From the human T2T-CHM13v2.0 reference genome, Homo sapiens: 64,000 nt of DNA. The stretch's first letter is position 1; every line of letters starts with the position of its first letter. The notes under the pieces were generated by a model that saw only the letters and a list, made by a program, of their open reading frames with translations, did not search any database and was not told the DNA's origin. Positions 12,861 through 27,800 of this stretch are shown here, one piece after another. Location of the stretch: assembly GCF_009914755.1 (NCBI RefSeq), contig NC_060939.1, one strand, 5' to 3'. The position numbers and the translations under genes were made by a program.

Positions 12861-15800
12861 TTGAGTCCATTCAATTCCATTCCTTTCGTTTCCATTCCAT
12901 TTGATGCCATTCCATTCAATTCTATTCTACTCGACTCCAATACATTCAATTCCATTCCATCCGATTCCATTACATTCTTTTCATTTCTTATCCATTTCAA
13001 GCCATTCCACTCCATTCCATTCCACTCGTTTCCTTTCCATTCGAGTCCATTCCTCTCCAGTCCATTCCGTTCAATCCATTCCATTCCAGTCCATTCCATT
13101 CGAGTCCGTTCCATTCCAGTCCATTCCATTCGAGTCAATTCCATCCCATTCGATGTCTTTCCATAACGATCCATTCCATTCTATTCCTTTCAATTCCATT
13201 CCATTCTATTTCATTCCATTCGATTCCCTTCCATTGGACTCCTTTCCATTCGAGTGCATTCCATTCCGTTCCATTTCTTTCCGTTCTGTACGATTCCTAC
13301 CGTTCGATTTCATTTTGTTCCAGTCCATTCCTTTCGCGTCCATTCCATTCCATTTCACTCCATTCGATTCCATTCCACTCGATTCCACTTCGTTCCATTT
13401 CATTGCATTCCATTCTATTCAACTCTATTGCCTTCCATTCCATTCCATTCGATTACATTCCATGCGATTCCATTCGAAATCGAATCAATTACATTGCAAT
13501 CCATTACTATTGAGTCCGTTTTATTCCAGTCCACTGCATTCTGGTCCATTCCATTTGATTCCATTCCATTCTATTCCATTCCATACAGTTGCATTCCTTT
13601 GGATTCCATGCTATATATATAAATTCAATTCGAGACCATTGCTTTTGAGTCCATTCTATATGATTCCATTCCATTCAAGTCCATTACATTTGGTTCAATT
13701 CCATTCCATTCCATTCCCTTCCATTCCATTCCAGTTGATATCAATCCATTCGATTCCATTCCATTCGAGCACATTCCTTTCGAGTCCATTCCATTCGATG
13801 CCATTCCATTTGATTCTATTCCATTAGTCTCCATTCAATTCCATTAATCTCCATTCCATTCCATTCTACTCCAACTGATTCCATTCCATTCTATTCCTTT
13901 TCATTCCATTTCATTCCATTCCATTCCATTTCATTCCATTCCATTCCATTCGCTTCCATTCCATTCGTGTCCATTCCACTCCAGTCCATTCCATTCGTGT
14001 CCATTCCATTCCAGTCCATTCCATTTGTGTCCACTGCATTCCATTCCACTCCATTCCATATTATTCCATTACACTCCCTTCCATTCTATTACTTTCATTT
14101 CCATTCAATTCCATTCCATTTGATTCCATTCCACTCGGTTTCATTCCATTTGAGTCCACTCCATTCCATTCCATTCCATTCCATTCAGTTCCATTCCATT
14201 CTGTTCCATTCCATTCCGTTCCATTACATTCCATTCCATTCGGTACCATTCCATATTGTTCCATTCGATTCCATTCGAATCCATTCCATTCCAGTCCATT
14301 CCATTCGATTCCATTCCATTCATTTCAATTCCATTCCATTCCATTCCATTACATTCCACTTGATTCCTCTCCATTCCCTTCCACTGCATTCCGTTCGATT
14401 CCATTCCATTGCATTGCATTCCATTCCATTGGATTGCATTCCATTCGATTCCATTCCATTCGAATCAATTACATAGCAATCCATTACATTCGAGTCTATT
14501 CTATTCCGTTCCATTCGATTTCGTTCCAATCCATTCGATTCCATTCCATTCGATTCCATTCCATACTATTGCATTTCATTCGATTACATTATATTCGAAT
14601 AAGTTCCATTCAAGACCATTTCTTTTGAGTCCATTCTATTTGAGTCCATTCCCTTTGATTCCATAACATTTGAGTCCATTCAATTCCATTCCTTTCGTTT
14701 CCATTCCATTTGATGCCATTCCATTCAATTCTGTTCTACTCGACTCCAATACATTCAATTCCATTCCATCCGATTCCATTACATTCTTTTCATTTCTTAT
14801 CCATTTCAAGCCATTCCACTCCATTCCATTCCACTCGTTTCCTTTCCATTCGAGTCCATTCCTCTCCAGTCCATTCCGTTCAATCCATTCCATTCCAGTC
14901 CATTCCATTCGAGTCCGTTCCATTCCAGTCCATTCCATTCGAGTCAATTCCATCCCATTCGATGTCTTTCCATAACGATCCATTCCATTCTATTCCTTTC
15001 AATTCCATTCCATTCTATTTCATTCCATTCGATTCCCTTCCATTGGACTCCTTTCCATTCGAGTGCATTCCATTCCGTTCCATTTCTTTCCGTTCTGTAC
15101 GATTCCTACCGTTCGATTTCATTTTGTTCCAGTCCATTCCTTTCGCGTCCATTCCATTCCATTTCACTCCATTCGATTCCATTCCACTCGATTCCACTTC
15201 GTTCCATTTCATTGCATTCCATTCTATTCAACTCTATTGCCTTCCATTCCATTCCATTCGATTACATTCCATGCGATTCCATTCGAAATCGAATCAATTA
15301 CATTGCAATCCATTACTATTGAGTCCGTTTTATTCCAGTCCACTGCATTCTGGTCCATTCCATTTGATTCCATTCCATTCTATTCCATTCCATACAGTTG
15401 CATTCCATTGGATTCCATGCTATATCTATAAATTCAATTCGAGACCATTGCTTTTGAGTCCATTCTATATGATTCCATTCCATTCAAGTCCATTACATTT
15501 GGTTCAATTCCATTCCATTCCATTCCCTTTCATTCCATTCCATTTGATATCAATCCATTCGATTCCATTCCATTCGAGCACATTCCATTCGAGTCCATTC
15601 CATTCGATGCCATTCCATTTGATTCTATTCCATTAGTCTCCATTCAATTCCATTAATCTCCATTCCATTCCATTCTACTCCAACTGATTCCATTCCATTC
15701 TATTCCTTTCCATTCCATTTCATTCCATTCCATTCCATTTCATTGCATTCCATTCCATTCGCTTCCATTCCATTCGTGTCCATTCCACTCCAGTCCATTC

Positions 15801-18800
15801 CATTCGTGTCCATTCCATTCCAGTCCATTCCATTTGTGTCCACTGCATTCCATTCCACTCCATTCCATATTATTCCATTACACTCCCTTCCATTCTATTA
15901 CTTTCATTTCCATTCAATTCCATTCCATTTGATTCCATTCCACTCGGTTTCATTCCATTTGAGTCCACTCCATTCCATTCCATTCCATTCCATTCAGTTC
16001 CATTCCATTCTGTTCCATTCCATTCCGTTCCATTACATTCCATTCCATTCGGTACCATTCCATATTGTTCCATTCGATTCCATTCGAATCCATTCCATTC
16101 CAGTCCATTCCATTCGATTCCATTCCATTCATTTCAATTCCATTCCATTCCATTCCATTACATTCCACTTGATTCCTCTCCATTCCCTTCCACTGCATTC
16201 CATTCGATTCCATTCCATTGCATTGCATTCCATTCCATTGGATTGCATTCCATTCGATTCCATTCCATTCGAATCAATTACATAGCAATCCATTACATTC
16301 GAGTCTATTCTATTCCGTTCCATTCGATTTCGTTCCAATCCATTCGATTCCATTCCATTCGATTCCATTCCATACCATTGCATTCCATTCGATTACATTA
16401 TATTCGAATAAGTTCCATTCAAGACCATTTCTTTTGAGTCCATTCTATTTGAGTCCATTCCCTTTCATTCCTTAACATTTGAGTCCATTCAATTCCATTC
16501 CTTTCGTTTCCATTCCATTTGATGCCATTCCATTCAATTCTGTTCTACTCGACTCCAATACATTCAATTCCATTCCATCCGATTCCATTACATTCTTTTC
16601 ATTTCTTATCCATTTCAAGCCATTCCACTCCATTCCATTCCACTCGTTTCCTTTCCATTCGAGTCCATTCCTCTCCAGTCCATTCCGTTCAATCCATTCC
16701 ATTCCAGTACATTCCATTCGAGTCCGTTCCATTCCAGTCCATTCCATTCGAGTCAATTCCATTCCATTCGATGTCTTTCCATAACGATCCATTCCATTCT
16801 ATTCCTTTCGATTCCATTCCATTCTATTTCATTCCATTCGATTCCCTTCCATTGGACTCCTTTCCATTCGAGTGCATTCCATTCCTTTCCATTTCTTTCC
16901 GTTCTGTACGATTCCTACCGTTCGATTTCATTTTGTTCCAGTCCATTCCTTTCGCGTCCATTCCATTCCATTTCACTCCATTCGATTCCATTCCACTCGA
17001 TTCCACTTCGTTCCATTTCATTTCATTCCATTCTATTCAACTCTATTGCCTTCCATTCCATTCCATTCGATTACATTCCATGCGATTCCATTCGAAATCG
17101 AATCAATTACATTGCAATCCATTACTATTGAGTCCGTTTTATTCCAGTCCACTGCATTCTGGTCCATTCCGTTTGATTCCATTCCATTCTATTCCATTCC
17201 ATACAGTTGCATTCCATTGGATTCCATGCTATATCTATAAATTCAATTCGAGACCATTGCTTTTGAGTCCATTCTATATGATTCCATTCCATTCAAGTCC
17301 ATTACATTTGGTTCAATTCCATTCCATTCCATTCCCTTCCATTCCATTCCATTTGATATCAATCCATTCGATTCCATTCCATTCGAGCACATTCCATTCG
17401 AGTCCATTCCATTCGATGCCATTCCATTTGATTCTATTCCATTAGTCTCCATTCAATTCCATTAATCTCCATTCCATTCCATTCTACTCCAACTGATTCC
17501 ATTCCATTCTATTCCTTTCCATTCCATTTCATTCCATTCCATTCCATTTCATTCCATTCCATTCCATTCGTGTCCATTCCACTCCAGTCCATTCCATTCG
17601 TGTCCATTCCATTCCAGTCCATTCCATTTGTGTCCACTGCATTCCATTGCAATCCATTCCATATTATTCCATTACACTCCATTCCATTCTATTACTTTCA
17701 TTTCCATTCAATTCCATTCCATTTGATTCCATTCCACTCGGTTTCATTCCATTTGAGTCCACTCCATTCCATTCCATTCCATTCCATTCAGTTCCATTCC
17801 ATTCTGTTCCATTCCATTCCGTTCCATTACATTCCATTCCATTCGGTACCATTCCATATTGTTCCATTCGATTCCATTCGAATCCATTCCATTCCAGTCC
17901 ATTCCATTCGATTCCATTCCATTCATTTCAATTCCATTCCATTCCATTCCATTACATTCCACTTGATTCCTCTCCATTCCCTTCCACTGCATTCCGTTCA
18001 ATTCCATTCCATTGCATTGCATTCCATTCCATTGGATTGCATTCCATTCGATTCCATTCCATTCGAATCAATTACATAGCAATCCATTACATTCGAGTCT
18101 ATTCTATTCCGTTCCATTCGATTTCGTTCCACTCCATTCGATTCCATTCCATTCGATTCTATTCCATACCATTGCATTCCATTCGATTACATTATATTCG
18201 AATAAGTTCCATTCAAGACCATTTCTTTTGAGTCCATTCTATTTGAGTCCATTCCCTTTGATTCCATAACATTTGAGTCCATTCAATTCCATTCCTTTCG
18301 TTTCCATTCCATTTGATGCCATTCCATTCAATTCTGTTCTACTCGACTCCAATACACTCAATTCCATTCCATCCGATTCCATTACATTCTTTTCATTTCT
18401 TATCCATTTCAAGCCATTCCACTCCATTCCATTCCACTCGTTTCCTTTCCATTCGAGTCCATTCCTCTCCAGTCCATTCCGTTCAATCCATTCCATTCCA
18501 GTCCATTCCATTCGAGTCCGTTCCATTCCAGTCCATTCCATTCGAGTCAATTCCATCCCATTCGATGTCTTTCCATAACGATCCATTCCATTCTATTCCT
18601 TTCGATTCCATTCCATTCTATTTCATTCCATTCGATTCCCTTCCATTGGACTCCTTTCCATTCGAGTGCATTCCATTCCTTTCCATTTCTTTCCGTTCTG
18701 TACGATTCCTACCGTTCGATTTCATTTTGTTCCAGTCCATTCCTTTCGCGTCCATTCCATTCCATTTCACTCCATTCGATTCCATTCCACTCGATTCCAC

Positions 18801-21800
18801 TTCGTTCCATTTCATTTCATTCCATTCTATTCAACTCTATTGCCTTCCATTCCATTCCATTCGATTACATTCCATGCGATTCCATTCGAAATCGAATCAA
18901 TTACATTGCAATCCATTACTATTGAGTCCGTTTTATTCCAGTCCACTGCATTCTGGTCCATTCCATTTGATTCCATTCCATTCTATTCCATTCCATACAG
19001 TTGCATTCCATTGGATTCCATGCTATATCTATAAATTCAATTCGAGACCATTGCTTTTGAGTCCATTCTATATGATTCCATTCCATTCAAGTCCATTACA
19101 TTTGGTTCAATTCCATTCCATTCCATTCCGTTCCATTCCATTCCATTTGATATCAATCCATTCGATTCCATTCCATTCGAGCACATTCCATTCGAGTCCA
19201 TTCCATTCGATGCCATTCCATTTGATTCTATTCCATTAGTCTCCATTCAATTCCATTAATCTCCATTCCATTCCATTCTACTCCAACTGATTCCATTCCA
19301 TTCTATTCCTTTCCATTCCATTTCATTCCATTCCATTCCATTTCATTCCATTCCATTCCATTCGTGTCCATTCCACTCCAGTCCATTCCATTCGTGTCCA
19401 TTCCATTCCAGTCCATTCCATTTGTGTCCACTGCATTCCATTCCACTCCATTCCATATTATTCCATTACACTCCATTCCATTCTATTACTTTCATTTCCA
19501 TTCAATTCCATTCCATTTGATTCCATTCCACTCGGTTTCATTCCATTTGAGTCCACTCCATTCCATTCCATTCCATTCCATTCAGTTCCATTCCATTCTG
19601 TTCCATTCCATTCCGTTCCATTACATTCCATTCCATTCGGTACCATTCCATATTGTTCCATTCGATTCCATTCGAATCCATTCCATTCCAGTCCATTCCA
19701 TTCGATTCCATTCCATTCATTTCAATTCCATTCCATTCCATTCCATTACATTCCACTTGATTCCTCTCCATTCCCTTCCACTGCATTCCGTTCGATTCCA
19801 TTCCATTGCATTGCATTCCATTCCATTGGATTGCATTCCATTCGATTCCATTCCATTCGAATCAATTACATAGCAATCCATTACATTCGAGTCTATTCTA
19901 TTCCGTTCCATTCGATTTCGTTCCAATCCATTCGATTCCATTCCATTCGATTCCATTCCATACTATTGCATTCCATTCGATTACATTATATTCGAATAAG
20001 TTCCATTCAAGACCATTTCTTTTGAGTCCATTCTATTTGAGTCCATTCCCTTTGATTCCATAACATTTGAGTCCATTCAATTCCATTCCTTTCGTTTCCA
20101 TTCCATTTGATGCCATTCCATTCAATTCTGTTCTACTCGACTCCAATACATTCAATTCCATTCCAACCGATTCCATTACATTCTTTTCATTTCTTATCCA
20201 TTTCAAGCCATTCCACTCCATTCCATTCCACTCGTTTCCTTTCCATTCGAGTCCATTCCTCTCCAGTCCATTCCGTTCAATCCATTCCATTCCAGTCCAT
20301 TCCATTGGAGTCCGTTCCATTCCAGTCCATTCCATTCGAGTCAATTCCATCCCATTCGATGTCTTTCCATAACGATCCATTCCATTCTATTCCTTTCGAT
20401 TCCATTCCATTCTATTTCTTTCCATTCGATTCCCTTCCATTGGACTCCTTTCCATTCGAGTGCATTCCATTCCGTTCCATTTCTTTCCGTTCTGTACGAT
20501 TCCTACCGTTCGATTTCATTTTGTTCCAGTCCATTCCTTTCGCGTCCATTCCATTCCATTTCACTCCATTCGATTCCATTCCACTCGATTCCACTTCGTT
20601 CCATTTCATTGCATTCCATTCTATTCAACTCTATTGCCTTCCATTCCATTCCATTCGATTACATTCCATGCGATTCCATTCGAAATCGAATCAATTACAT
20701 TGCAATCCATAACTATTGAGTCCATTTTATTCCAGTCCACTGCATTCTGGTCCATTCCATTTGATTCCATTCCATTCTATTCCATTCCATACAGTTGCAT
20801 TCCATTGGATTCCATTCTATATCTATAAATTCAATTCGAGACCATTGCTTTTGAGTCCATTCTATATGATTCCATTCCATTCAAGTCCATTACATTTGGT
20901 TCAATTCCATTCCATTCCATTCCCTTCCATTCCATTCCAGTTGATATCAATCCATTCGATTCCATTCCATTCGAGCACATTCCATTCGAGTCCATTCAAT
21001 TCGATGCCATTCCATTTGGTTCTATTCCATTAGTCTCCATTCAATTCCATTAATCTCCATTCCATTCCATTCTACTCCAACTGATTCCATTCCATTCTAT
21101 TCCTTTGCATTCCATTTCATTCCATTCCATTCCATTTCATTCCATTCCATTCCATTCCATTCCATTCGCTTCCATTCCATTCGTGTCCATTCCATTCCAG
21201 TCCATTCCATTTGTGTCCACTGCATTCCATTCCACTCCATTCCATATTATTCCATTATACTCCATTCCATTGTATTACTTTCATTTCCATTCAATTCCAT
21301 TCCATTTGATTCCATTCCACTCGGTTTCATTCCATTTGTGTCCACTCCATTCCATTCCATTCCATTCCATTCAGTTCCATTCCATTCTATTCCATTCCAT
21401 TCCGTTCCATTGCATTCCATTCCATTCGGTACCATTCCATATTGTTCCATTCGATTCCATTCGAATCCATTCCATTCCAGTCCATTCCATTCGATTCCAT
21501 TCCATTCCTTTCAATTCCATTCCATTCCATTCCATTCCACTTGATTCCTCTCCATTCCCTTCCACTGCATTCCATTCGATTCCATTCCATTGCATTGCAT
21601 TCCATTCCATTGGACTGCATTCCATTCGATTCCATTCCATTCGAATCAATTACATAGCAATCCATTACATTCGAGTCTATTCTATTCCGTTCAATTCGAT
21701 TTCGTTCCAATCCATTCGATTCCATTCCATTCGATTCCATTCCATACTATTGCATTCCATTCTATTACATTATATTCGAATAAGTTCCATTCAAGACCAT

Positions 21801-24800
21801 TTCTTTTGAGTCCATTCTATTTGAGTCCATTCCCTTTGATTCCATAACATTTGAGTCCATTCAACTCCATTCCTTTCGTTTCCATTCCATTTGATGCCAT
21901 TCCATTCAATTCTGTTCTACTCGACTCCAATACATTCAATTCCATTCCATCCGATTCCATTACATTCTTTTCATTTCTTATCCATTTCAAGCCATTCCAC
22001 TCCATTCCATTCCACTCGTTTCCTTTCCATTCGAGTCCATTCCTCTCCAGTCCATTCTGTTCAATCCATTCCATTCCAGTCCATTCCATTCGAGTCCGTT
22101 CCATTCCAGTCCATTCCATTCGAGTCAATTCCATCCCATTCGATGTCTTTCCATAACGATCCATTCCATTCTATTCCTTTCGATTCCATTCCATTCTATT
22201 TCATTCCATTCGATTCCCTTCCATTGGACTCCTTTCCATTCGAGTGCATTCCATTCCTTTCCATTTCTTTCCGTTCTGTACTATTCCTACCGTTCGATTT
22301 CATTTTGTTCCAGTCCATTCCTTTCGCGTCCATTCCATTCCATTTCACTCCATTCGATTCCATTCCACTCGATTCCACTTCGTTCCATTTCATTTCATTC
22401 CATTCTATTCAACTCTATTGCCTTCCATTCCATTCCATTCGATTACATTCCATGCGATTCCATTCGAAATCGAATCAATTACATTGCAATCCATTACTAT
22501 TGAGTCCGTTTTATTCCAGTCCACTGCATTCTGGTCCATTCCATTTGATTCCATTCCATTCTATTCCATTCCATACAGTTGCATTCCATTGGATTCCATG
22601 CTATATCTATAAATTCAATTCGAGACCATTGCTTTTGAGTCCATTCTATATGATTCCATTCCATTCAAGTCCATTACATTTGGTTCAATTCCATTCCATT
22701 CCATTCCGTTCCATTCCATTCCATTTGATATCAATCCATTCGATTCCATTCCATTCGAGCACATTCCATTCGAGTCCATTCCATTCGATGCCATTCCATT
22801 TGATTCTATTCCATTAGTCTCCATTCAATTCCATTAATCTCCATTCCATTCCATTCTACTCCAACTGATTCCATTCCATTCTATTCCTTTCCATTCCATT
22901 TCATTCCATTCCATTCCATTTCATTCCATTCCATTCCATTCGTGTCCATTCCACTCCAGTCCATTCCATTCGTGTCCATTCCATTCCAGTCCATTCCATT
23001 TGTGTCCACTGCATTCCATTCCACTCCATTCCATATTATTCCATTACACTCCATTCCATTCTATTACTTTCATTTCCATTCAATTCCATTCCATTTGATT
23101 CCATTCCACTCGGTTTCATTCCATTTGAGTCCACTCCATTCCATTCCATTCCATTCCATTCAGTTCCATTCCATTCTGTTCCATTCCATTCCGTTCCATT
23201 ACATTCCATTCCATTCGGTACCATTCCATATTGTTCCATTCGATTCCATTCGAATCCATTCCATTCCAGTCCATTCCATTCGATTCCATTCCATTCATTT
23301 CAATTCCATTCCATTCCATTCCATTACATTCCACTTGATTCCTCTCCATTCCCTTCCACTGCATTCCGTTCGATTCCATTCCATTGCATTGCATTCCATT
23401 CCATTGGATTGCATTCCATTCGATTCCATTCCATTCGAATCAATTACATAGCAATCCATTACATTCGAGTCTATTCTATTCCGTTCCATTCGATTTCGTT
23501 CCACTCCATTCGATTCCATTCCATTCGATTCTATTCCATACCATTGCATTCCATTCGATTACATTATATTCGAATAAGTTCCATTCAAGACCATTTCTTT
23601 TGAGTCCATTCTATTTGAGTCCATTCCCTTTGATTCCATAACATTTGAGTCCATTCAATTCCATTCCTTTCGTTTCCATTCCATTTGATGCCATTCCATT
23701 CAATTCTGTTCTACTCGACTCCAATACATTCAATTCCATTCCATCCGATTCCATTACATTCTTTTCATTTCTTATCCATTTCAAGCCATTCCACTCCATT
23801 CCATTCCACTCGTTTCCTTTCCATTCGAGTCCATTCCTCTCCAGTCCATTCCGTTCAATCCATTCCATTCCAGTCCATTCCATTCGAGTCCGTTCCATTC
23901 CAGTCCATTCCATTCGAGTCAATTCCATCCCATTCGATGTCTTTCCATAACGATCCATTCCATTCTATTCCTTTCGATTCCATTCCATTCTATTTCATTC
24001 CATTCGATTCCCTTCCATTGGACTCCTTTCCATTCGAGTGCATTCCATTCCTTTCCATTTCTTTCCGTTCTGTACGATTCCTACCGTTCGATTTCATTTT
24101 TTTCCAGTCCATTCCTTTCGCGTCCATTCCATTCCATTTCACTCCATTCGATTCCATTCCACTCGATTCCACTTCGTTCCATTTCATTTCATTCCATTCT
24201 ATTCAACTCTATTGCCTTCCATTCCATTCCATTCGATTACATTCCATGCGATTCCATTCGAAATCGAATCAATTACATTGCAATCCATTACTATTGAGTC
24301 CGTTTTATTCCAGTCCACTGCATTCTGGTCCATTCCATTTGATTCCATTCCATTCTATTCCATTCCATACAGTTGCATTCCATTGGATTCCATGCTATAT
24401 CTATAAATTCAATTCGAGACCATTGCTTTTGAGTCCATTCTATATGATTCCATTCCATTCAAGTCCATTACATTTGGTTCAATTCCATTCCATTCCATTC
24501 CGTTCCATTCCATTCCATTTGATATCAATCCATTCGATTCCATTCCATTCGAGCACATTCCATTCGAGTCCATTCAATTCGATGCCATTCCATTTGGTTC
24601 TATTCCATTAGTCTCCATTCAATTCCATTAATCTCCATTCCATTCCATTCTACTCCAACTGATTCCATTCCATTCTATTCCTTTCCATTCCATTTCATTC
24701 CATTCCATTCCATTTCATTCCATTCCATTCCATTCCATTCCATTCGCTTCCATTCCATTCGTGTCCATTCCATTCCAGTCCATTCCATTTGTGTCCACTG

Positions 24801-27800
24801 CATTCCATTCCACTCCATTCCATATTATTCCATTATACTCCATTCCATTGTATTACTTTCATTTCCATTCAATTCCATTCCATTTGATTCCATTCCACTC
24901 GGTTTCATTCCATTTGTGTCCACTCCATTCCATTCCATTCCATTCCATTCAGTTCCATTCCATTCTATTCCATTCCATTCCGTTCCATTGCATTCCATTC
25001 CATTCGGTACCATTCCATATTGTTCCATTCGATTCCATTCGAATCCATTCCATTCCAGTCCATTCCATTCGATTCCATTCCATTCCTTTCAATTCCATTC
25101 CATTCCATTCCATTCCACTTGATTCCACTCCATTCCCTTCCGCTGCATTCCATTCGATTCCATTCCATTGCATTGCATTCCATTCCATTGGACTGCATTC
25201 CATTCGATTCCATTCCATTCGAATCAATTACATAGCAATCCATTACATTCGAGTCTATTCTATTCCGTTCAATTCGATTTCGTTCCAATCCATTCGATTC
25301 CATTCCATTCGATTCCATTCCATACTATTGCATTCCATTCTATTACATTATATTCGAATAAGTTCCATTCAAGACCATTTCTTTTGAGTCCATTCTATTT
25401 GAGTCCATTCCCTTTGATTCCATAACATTTGAGTCCATTCAATTCCATTCCTTTCGTTTCCATTCCATTTGATGCCATTCCATTCAATTCTGTTCTACTC
25501 GACTCCAATACATTCAATTCCATTCCATCCGATTCCATTACATTCTTTTCATTTCTTATCCATTTCAAGCCATTCCACTCCATTCCATTCCACTCGTTTC
25601 CTTTCCATTCGAGTCCATTCCTCTCCAGTCCATTCCGTTCAATCCATTCCATTCCAGTCCATTCCATTCGAGTCCGTTCCATTCCAGTCCATTCCATTCG
25701 AGTTAATTCCATCCCATTCGATGTCTTTCCATAACGATCCATTCCATTCTATTCCTTTCAATTCCATTCCATTCTATTTCATTCCATTCGATTCCCTTCC
25801 ATTGGACTCCTTTCCATTCGAGTGCATTCCATTCCGTTCCATTTCTTTCCGTTCTGTACGATTCCTACCGTTCGATTTCATTTTGTTCCAGTCCATTCCT
25901 TTCGCGTCCATTCCATTCCATTTCACTCCATTTGATTCCATTCCACTCGATTCCACTTCGTTCCATTTCATTGCATTCCATTCTTTTCAACTCTATTGCC
26001 TTCCATTCCATTCCATTCGATTACATTCCATGCGATTCCATTCGAAATCGAATCAATTACATTGCAATCCATTACTATTGAGTCCGTTTTATTCCAGTCC
26101 ACTGCATTCTGGTCCATTCCATTTGATTCCATTCCATTCTATTCCATTCCATACAGTTGCATTCCATTGGATTCCATGCTATATCTATAAATTCAATTCG
26201 AGACCATTGCTTTTGAGTCCATTCTATATGATTCCATTCCATTCAAGTCCATTACATTTGGTTCAATTCCATTCCATTCCATTCCCTTCCATTCCATTCC
26301 ATTTGATATCAATCCATTCGATTCCATTATATTCGAGCACATTCAATTCGAGTCCATTCCATTCGATGCCATTCCATTTGATTCTATTCCATTAGTCTCC
26401 ATTCAATTCCATTAATCTCCATTCCATTCCATTCTACTCCAACTGATTCCATTCCATTCTATTCCTTTCCATTCCATTTCATTCCATTCCATTCCATTCC
26501 ATTCCATTCCATTCCATTCGTGTCCATTCCACTCCAGTCCATTCCATTCGTGTCCATTCCATTCCAGTCCATTCCATTTGTGTCCACTGCATTCCATTCC
26601 ACTCCATTCCATATTATTCCATTACACTCCATTCCATTCTATTACTTTCATTTCCATTCAATTCCATTCCATTTGATTCCATTCCACTCGGTTTCATTCC
26701 ATTTGAGTCCACTCCATTCCATTGCATTCCATTCAGTTCCATTCCATTCTGTTCCATTCCATTCCGTTCCATTACATTCCATTCCATTCGGTACCATTCC
26801 ATATTGTTCCATTCGATTCCATTCGAATCCATTCCATTCCAGTCCATTCCATTCGATTCCATTCCATTCATTTCAATTCCATTCCATTCCATTCCATTCC
26901 ATTCCACTTGATTCCTCTCCATTCCCTTCCACTGCATTCCGTTCGATTCCATTCCATTGCATTGCATTCCATTCCATTGGATTGCATTCCATTCGATTCC
27001 ATTCCATTCGAATCAATTACATAGCAGTCCATTACATTCGAGTCTATTCTATTCCGTTCCATTCGATTTCGTTCCAATCCATTCGATTCCATTCCATTCG
27101 ATTCCATTCCATACTATTGCATTCCATTCGATTACATTATATTCAAATAAGTTCCATTCAAGACCATTTCTTTTGAGTCCATTCTATTTGAGTCCATTCC
27201 CTTTGATTCCATAACATTTGAGTCCATTCAATTCCATTCCTTTCGTTTCCATTCCATTTGATGTCATTCCATTCAATTCTGTTCTACTCGACTCCAATAC
27301 ATTCAATTCCATTCCATCCGATTCCATTACATTCTTTTCATTTCTTATCCATTTCAAGCCATTCCACTCCATTCCATTCCACTCGTTTCCTTTCCATTCG
27401 AGTCCATTCCTCTCCAGTCCATTCCGTTCAATCCATTCCATTCCAGTCCATTCCATTCGAGTCCGTTCCATTCCAGTCCATTCCATTCGAGTCAATTCCA
27501 TCCCATTCGATGTCTTTCCATAACGATCCATTCCATTCTATTCCTTTCGATTCCATTCCATTCTATTTCATTCCATTCGATTCCCTTCCATTGGACTCCT
27601 TTCCATTCGAGTGCATTCCATTCCGTTCCATTTCTTTCCGTTCTGTACGATTCCTACCGTTCGATTTCATTTTGTTCCAGTCCATTCCTTTCGCGTCCAT
27701 TCCATTCCATTTCACTCCATTCGATTCCATTCCACTCGATTCCACTTCGTTCCATTTCATTGCATTCCATTCTATTCAACTCTATTGCCTTCCATTCCAT

